From an uncultured Alphaproteobacteria bacterium (GTDB taxonomy: Bacteria; Pseudomonadota; Alphaproteobacteria; RF32; CAG-239), in assembly GCA_945835885.1 (NCBI GenBank), contig CAMAJR010000002.1, forward strand, positions 1-58,796: DNA of 58,796 nt, written 5' to 3'. Within the stretch, counting starts at the first letter, position 1; every line of letters begins with the position of its first letter. Of this stretch, positions 58,067 to 58,796 are shown piece after piece. The position numbers and the translations under genes are program-made. The notes below the pieces were generated by a model. That model did no database searches, had not been told where the DNA came from, and saw only the letters and a list, made by a program, of their open reading frames with translations.

Positions 58067-58097
58067 TCTTTTTCAGAAAATTACCAGGTTTTACAAA

Positions 58098-58529
58098 TTA
58101 AAACTGACGCGGAGCGTTCATCAACATCGGTTGAACGCAGTTCGGGCCGGAGCAAACTTCTGCTCTGTTATACGGACGCGTTTCATACGATGTGCTTTGG
58201 AACGTTCTCGGCTCATATACGGTGCGGTATGTTGTATTTTGATATACAACCTGAACCGGTGTTCTTACCGTATATTCTTGTGGTGCGCAACCGCAGGTCG
58301 GAGCCGGCGGACAAGCCGGAGCAGCGCAAACCGGAGCGGCTTGGCAAGCGCAATTAGAAGCTACCGGTGTATAAGTTTGAATCGGAGCCGGTCTCGGTGC
58401 CGGTTGTGCACCGCAGGAGCCGGTTTGACCGGAATACTGATAATTGCGAACTTCACTTGTTTCATCGTAGGCGCAAGCTGCCAATCCGGCAGTCAACACC
58501 AACACTGATAAATAAAATAAATTTTTCAT
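58098..58529 (-). CDS. Cys/Pro/Ala-rich lipoprotein (143 aa)
   Basis: GGAGG SD. Signal peptide with lipobox MKNLFYLSVLVLTAGLAA|C. The mature part contains 13 further Cys in CxC / CxxxC-type clusters (NCACQAAPVCAAPACPPAPTCGCAP). Confidence 0.7.
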   Translation of the reverse strand: MKNLFYLSVLVLTAGLAACAYDETSEVRNYQYSGQTGSCGAQPAPRPAPIQTYTPVASNCACQAAPVCAAPACPPAPTCGCAPQEYTVRTPVQVVYQNTTYRTVYEPRTFQSTSYETRPYNRAEVCSGPNCVQPMLMNAPRQF

Positions 58530-58796
58530 ATATACCTCCAGTTAATTTCCTGAAACTTTTGAATATTCATATCTCATTTCCATTATTAACAAATTTTTAA
58601 CGAAATGTTAAGCATTTTTTTACTTTTTCTTAAAAAATACATAAAAAAAAGCGTGTTTTGTGCGTTTTTGTATAAATTTTTAGAAAATATGAAATTTATT
58701 GTAAAAAATGAAAAAAATTAAAAAATAAATTAACATATTGAAATTACGTTATTTTGTATTTTTTCCGATTCGTAAAACAGCGCTGTTTGCAAAACT

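Overview
This is a chromosomal segment of a diderm (Gram-negative) bacterium. It is moderately AT-rich and almost fully coding, with about 65 genes. The conserved housekeeping blocks are: lgt, queA, rpsD; folD-yggU-yggT; miaB-phoH-ybeY-lnt; aqpZ; plsY-dprA-topA (minus strand); pyrH-frr-uppS-cdsA-rseP-bamA-lpxD-fabZ; infA; ruvA-ruvB-ybgC; truA; mutT. I associate this gene order with Alphaproteobacteria, but that is inference because no search was possible. HydE and a flavodiiron protein suggest an anaerobic or microaerophilic lifestyle. An ankyrin-repeat protein, a decayed spermidine-synthase-like pseudogene and several truncated syntenic blocks hint at a host-associated, streamlining genome. 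I found no rRNA, tRNA, CRISPR array, transposase, integrase or prophage module. The most notable accessory content is: (i) a tightly coupled four-gene minus-strand cassette at 10977-14018 (small lipoprotein, vWA/TerY-like protein, PP2C phosphatase, membrane-anchored Ser/Thr kinase), which is a TerY-P / yegI-yegK-yegL type triad with an extra lipoprotein; (ii) a complete N-type rotary ATPase operon at 50942-57665 (atpD-C-Q-R-B-E-F-A-G order, no delta gene) with a Na+-type c subunit; (iii) a promoter-to-terminator structured non-coding unit of about 200 nt upstream of an orphan gene (37494-37732); (iv) unusual terminal extensions on housekeeping membrane proteins, namely a histone-H1-like Lys/Ala tail on Lnt and a poly-Cys tail on AqpZ; (v) a compositionally foreign gene for a secreted repeat protein next to the ankyrin gene (about 46.9-48.0 kb); (vi) an 876-aa orphan protein with a long bilobed hydrophobic segment. 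All product calls rest on motif recognition by eye, not on database searches.
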